Assembly (NCBI GenBank): GCA_964187785.1
Contig: OZ076412.1
Span: 47,554,001 to 47,618,000 of the forward strand
Direction of reading: 5' to 3'
DNA from: Amphiscolops sp. MND2022
Lineage: Eukaryota
DNA: 64,000 nucleotides
In this document: positions 61,201-64,000 of the stretch, piece by piece
Layout of the letters: every line of letters starts with the position of its first letter
How positions within the stretch are numbered: position 1 is the first letter of the stretch
Translations under genes and position numbers: made by a program
The notes under the pieces: model-generated
Told to the model about the DNA's origin: nothing
Seen by the model: only the letters and a program-made list of their open reading frames with translations
The model's database searches: none

Positions 61201-62543
61201 GACATTTGTTTATGCTGTTTTAGTGGTTAAACACTGCGGGCAGCTATGCGGACAACGCCGCGATCGGAGGCTGGTTGCTGAACGAGAATTAGCTCAGTTT
61301 ATTTGCGGGATAATGGAATTCATTTATCCAATGACGAGAATTCCAGCTGATTACGAGGTCGCAATCCTGTTGAAACCTTTTGAGTGCGAGTGCGCTGACA
61401 TCGATGTCAACCTTTATCGACTCCACTTTGGTCAATTCTTCCGCTTTGACGTTAGCTCCCAACTGCCCTTATTTTATAAGTCTGTACAAAAACTGTTGGT
61501 GGCGCTGTGTAGAAACTTATCGTCGATGTGGCAACGTGTGTGGCCAAACTATCTGAGTTTCACACCGTTTGACCCTACCTTAATCCACAGTGGATCGGAC
61601 GACCGTCGGGTTGACGCACTAGTCGAGACGTGTGCTGTCTTGACGAGCCATGGCCTATTAGACATGGGGAGGCGGCACTGTACAGCAGCAATATCTTGAC
61701 GTGATACAGTATTTTAAACGCAAATGGACAGCGTTACAAGACGACGTACCTGTAGTAGAGGATGTAATCTCTATGTCGATGTCGTATCCTCATTGGGAAC
61801 GATGCAGCGAACTGAAACAGGTGTTGGATCTTGTCATAACCATCACTATTACTGGCAATTACGAGGTCGATTTCAAAGACGAAGCGTCGACAGCATTAGA
61901 TGCGGACACTTTGCTGTCAAGCCTGCATCTAGTGAGAAGCTGGTTTACTCACTCGTTTGTGGGAAAAACTCGAAAAAATTTGCCGGGTTTGCTACGTGTT
62001 GCCGAGAGTACGGACATGCTGGTATCGAGGCTGTCAGACGCTGTGCGTGGTAAGCCATGAGATCAGCTATTGAAAGTAGGACTTGATCAGACCTTGACGC
62101 GATGTATGAGTGTACTCACAAATGATCTTGGCTCGGCTGTAACCCCAATGGTCGACGACTACAGATCGGCAGTTCTAGCGCAGTTGAATGTCATGGAAGT
62201 TGTTGCGACTAGTCCGATACGACCTTCAACTAGTCCAAAGGCAAAACGTTTCATCGGAACGTCTAAAGGCAAAGGGGCACGCACGCAAGCAAATGTCCAA
62301 ATACCGATTGGGTCTAAAGCAGTAAGTACGGGCGGGAAGTCGATCAAAAGGGGTGGACGTCAATCCGATACTAAACCACAGAGGCCGGGCCTTAGTACTC
62401 GCGGACATCGTGGGAGAAGAACGGGTGGAAAGCCGCGGGGTGCCAAAACCCTGGTTTTGTCGAGCTGTACAAGCAGTCAGAAAACACCAGCAGCAAAACG
62501 AAAGGCTAAGTGGACCATTGTCGAATCTTCCGACGAGAGCTAG
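58216..62543 (+). CDS. Seven-exon gene (about 1120 aa) with a hAT/BED-like zinc finger, antisense to element 3; one 1-nt frameshift and one in-frame TGA
   Basis: Exons 58216-58456, 58672-58836, 58989-59369, 59492-60054, 60143-60631, 60847-61057, 61224-62543. Six GT-AG introns (88-215 nt) all join in frame. Zinc finger CLLCRADLSIAGRGLSSLWDHWKGVEH. Extra G in run 61666-61669 and TGA at 62058-62060. Confidence 0.8.
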
Positions 62544-64000
62544 TGGTTTCTACTTCGTTCTCAAAGAAAAACTTGAATCCTTGTTTATTAGAAAAACATT
62601 GTGGTACGGGAGCAAAGCTCCTCAATTTGTCGGTTGTTTTTTTTTGTTATTATTCACGACTATGAACTTGTGTTTCCTTGATTCATGTAGTTGTGTTTTG
62701 TATGTTGGCTTTACATGTTTTTGCTCTGTCATTAGTATGCTGTTGTTATCTTTACGTTTGTTTGGACTCCGTCCTTTCTTGGCTTAGTAGCTCGACTAGA
62801 ATTTACATGTTGCCTGTATTATACTAAATTTTTAGCCTAATTTGCATGTAAACTTAGATAGCTGGTCTCAAAATGTTGGAGCGATAGTCTCAGCTTTGCA
62901 AGTCGTTCAAGTTCTAGTAGAGTAGTCGCCGAGGTAACTACCATTGAAAAGCTCTCACTCACCAAGTGCCACCCTCGTGTCAGCGTTGTTCATGATAATG
63001 GCTTACATATGACAGAGGTGGAAGCTTGGTGGGTGGGTGGAGTCGCTCAACTCCTACAGATGATTTGAATTTTTGAGTAGCTGCTTTTATAGTGCTCTAG
63101 TTGGTTGTTTGACAGCTGTTTACCAACTTAGGTGTCATTCTAATCTGACAGTTCATGTCGAGTTTTACATATGTTTATTTCTCATGTAGCGTTAATCTTG
63201 ACGTCGTCATCTTTGATGTGTGTCATGCGACGTCATCACTCGTGTCGTGTGTCAAGTGTTAACGTCAATTTTAATGGTAGATGGGTTTCCCCATGGCCAT
63301 TAAACTTTTTGACAAGAGGTGGTGGGAACCATCCCTTGTTACGGATCCTCGGTGATATAGTGAATATGACTGCATGTCTTTTGTCGTTAGGTCCTTCCTG
63401 CCGCGAGGCGAAGCCTATGAATTGACAGTAAGAACGAAAGTGTCATGACCTGAATTCGATGTAGAGGTGACGACTGCATTTTACTGTCCTAGGAAAAGTT
63501 TTATAGGTTGTTCATTGGATTGGGAAGGTTATTTGCCGTCGCAAAAACCCATACAAAACTAACACCGAATCCACTTGCTAAAGAGCAAGCTTCATCTGAA
63601 TGTTTGTACAACCACACAGACGCGCATTTGACGACGCACCCACACAGCCGAACCACATCATGATTTCCTGGGCGGAACTGCGGGACTAGAGTTTGGCGGC
63701 GTAACTTAATTGAGGTAGCTATCTCTTTTGCATGTTCGGTTGTGTGCTGTTACCTTTGCTAAAATGGTCTATTACTGTCGTCATAAGGGTGGTAAGTACA
63801 GAATTGCAAAGCAATTCCTTTGAAAGCGTGTGGTTGGGGTTTTCTGTGAATTGCATAAATTAGTAGCTCGTTTGCGCGTGTTTTACATGTACTTGATAAT
63901 TTCCGGTTAATGTGATGTGGTGTGTTTGACTGCATTGCATGTAGTTTCTTTTGCGCTTAGCTGTCTCGGTAGAGAGTAACACTATACTCTGCCGGTAAAC

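Noticed and set aside
62050-62079. A 30-nt intron that would remove the TGA at 62058 in frame
   Set aside because: It has GTAAGC...TAG ends but is much shorter than the other six introns and lacks a pyrimidine tract; a point nonsense change is simpler. RNA-seq could revive it.

Overview
AT-rich eukaryotic (invertebrate-animal-like) genomic DNA; the species cannot be determined from the sequence. The window opens with the last two exons of a host M16-family mitochondrial gene (UQCRC1/PMPCB-like), then about 12 kb of MITE, MULE and simple-repeat DNA. Three large Ty3/Gypsy-type LTR elements make up most of the rest. Element 1 (15273-28792, 5-bp TSD GCCGC, 1.57-kb LTRs about 1% diverged, pol frameshifted) starts its gag ORF about 250 codons inside the LTR and carries antisense and U3-overlapping extra ORFs. 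Element 2 (32898-50594, 4-bp TSD GATA, 1481-bp LTRs with one visible mismatch) is a very young, 17.7-kb complex retrovirus-like element. Its order is gag, -1 frameshift, pol (protease, TARG1-like macrodomain, RT, RNase H, integrase), an antisense ORF, small overlapping ORFs, a triplicated 98-nt structured element, a class-III-type env, a splice-acceptor-dependent ORF and a PAM2 + coiled-coil + TRAF/MATH protein. Element 3 is on the minus strand and interrupts a decayed CR1/L2-like LINE. Only its 3' LTR (56065-57265) and adjacent internal region are in the window, and that region holds a 7-exon gene of about 1120 aa, antisense to the element, with a hAT-like zinc finger. The strongest candidates for new biology are the accessory-gene kit of element 2 and the intron-containing antisense cargo gene of element 3. 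All domain calls are by-eye motif recognition; no database searches were run.
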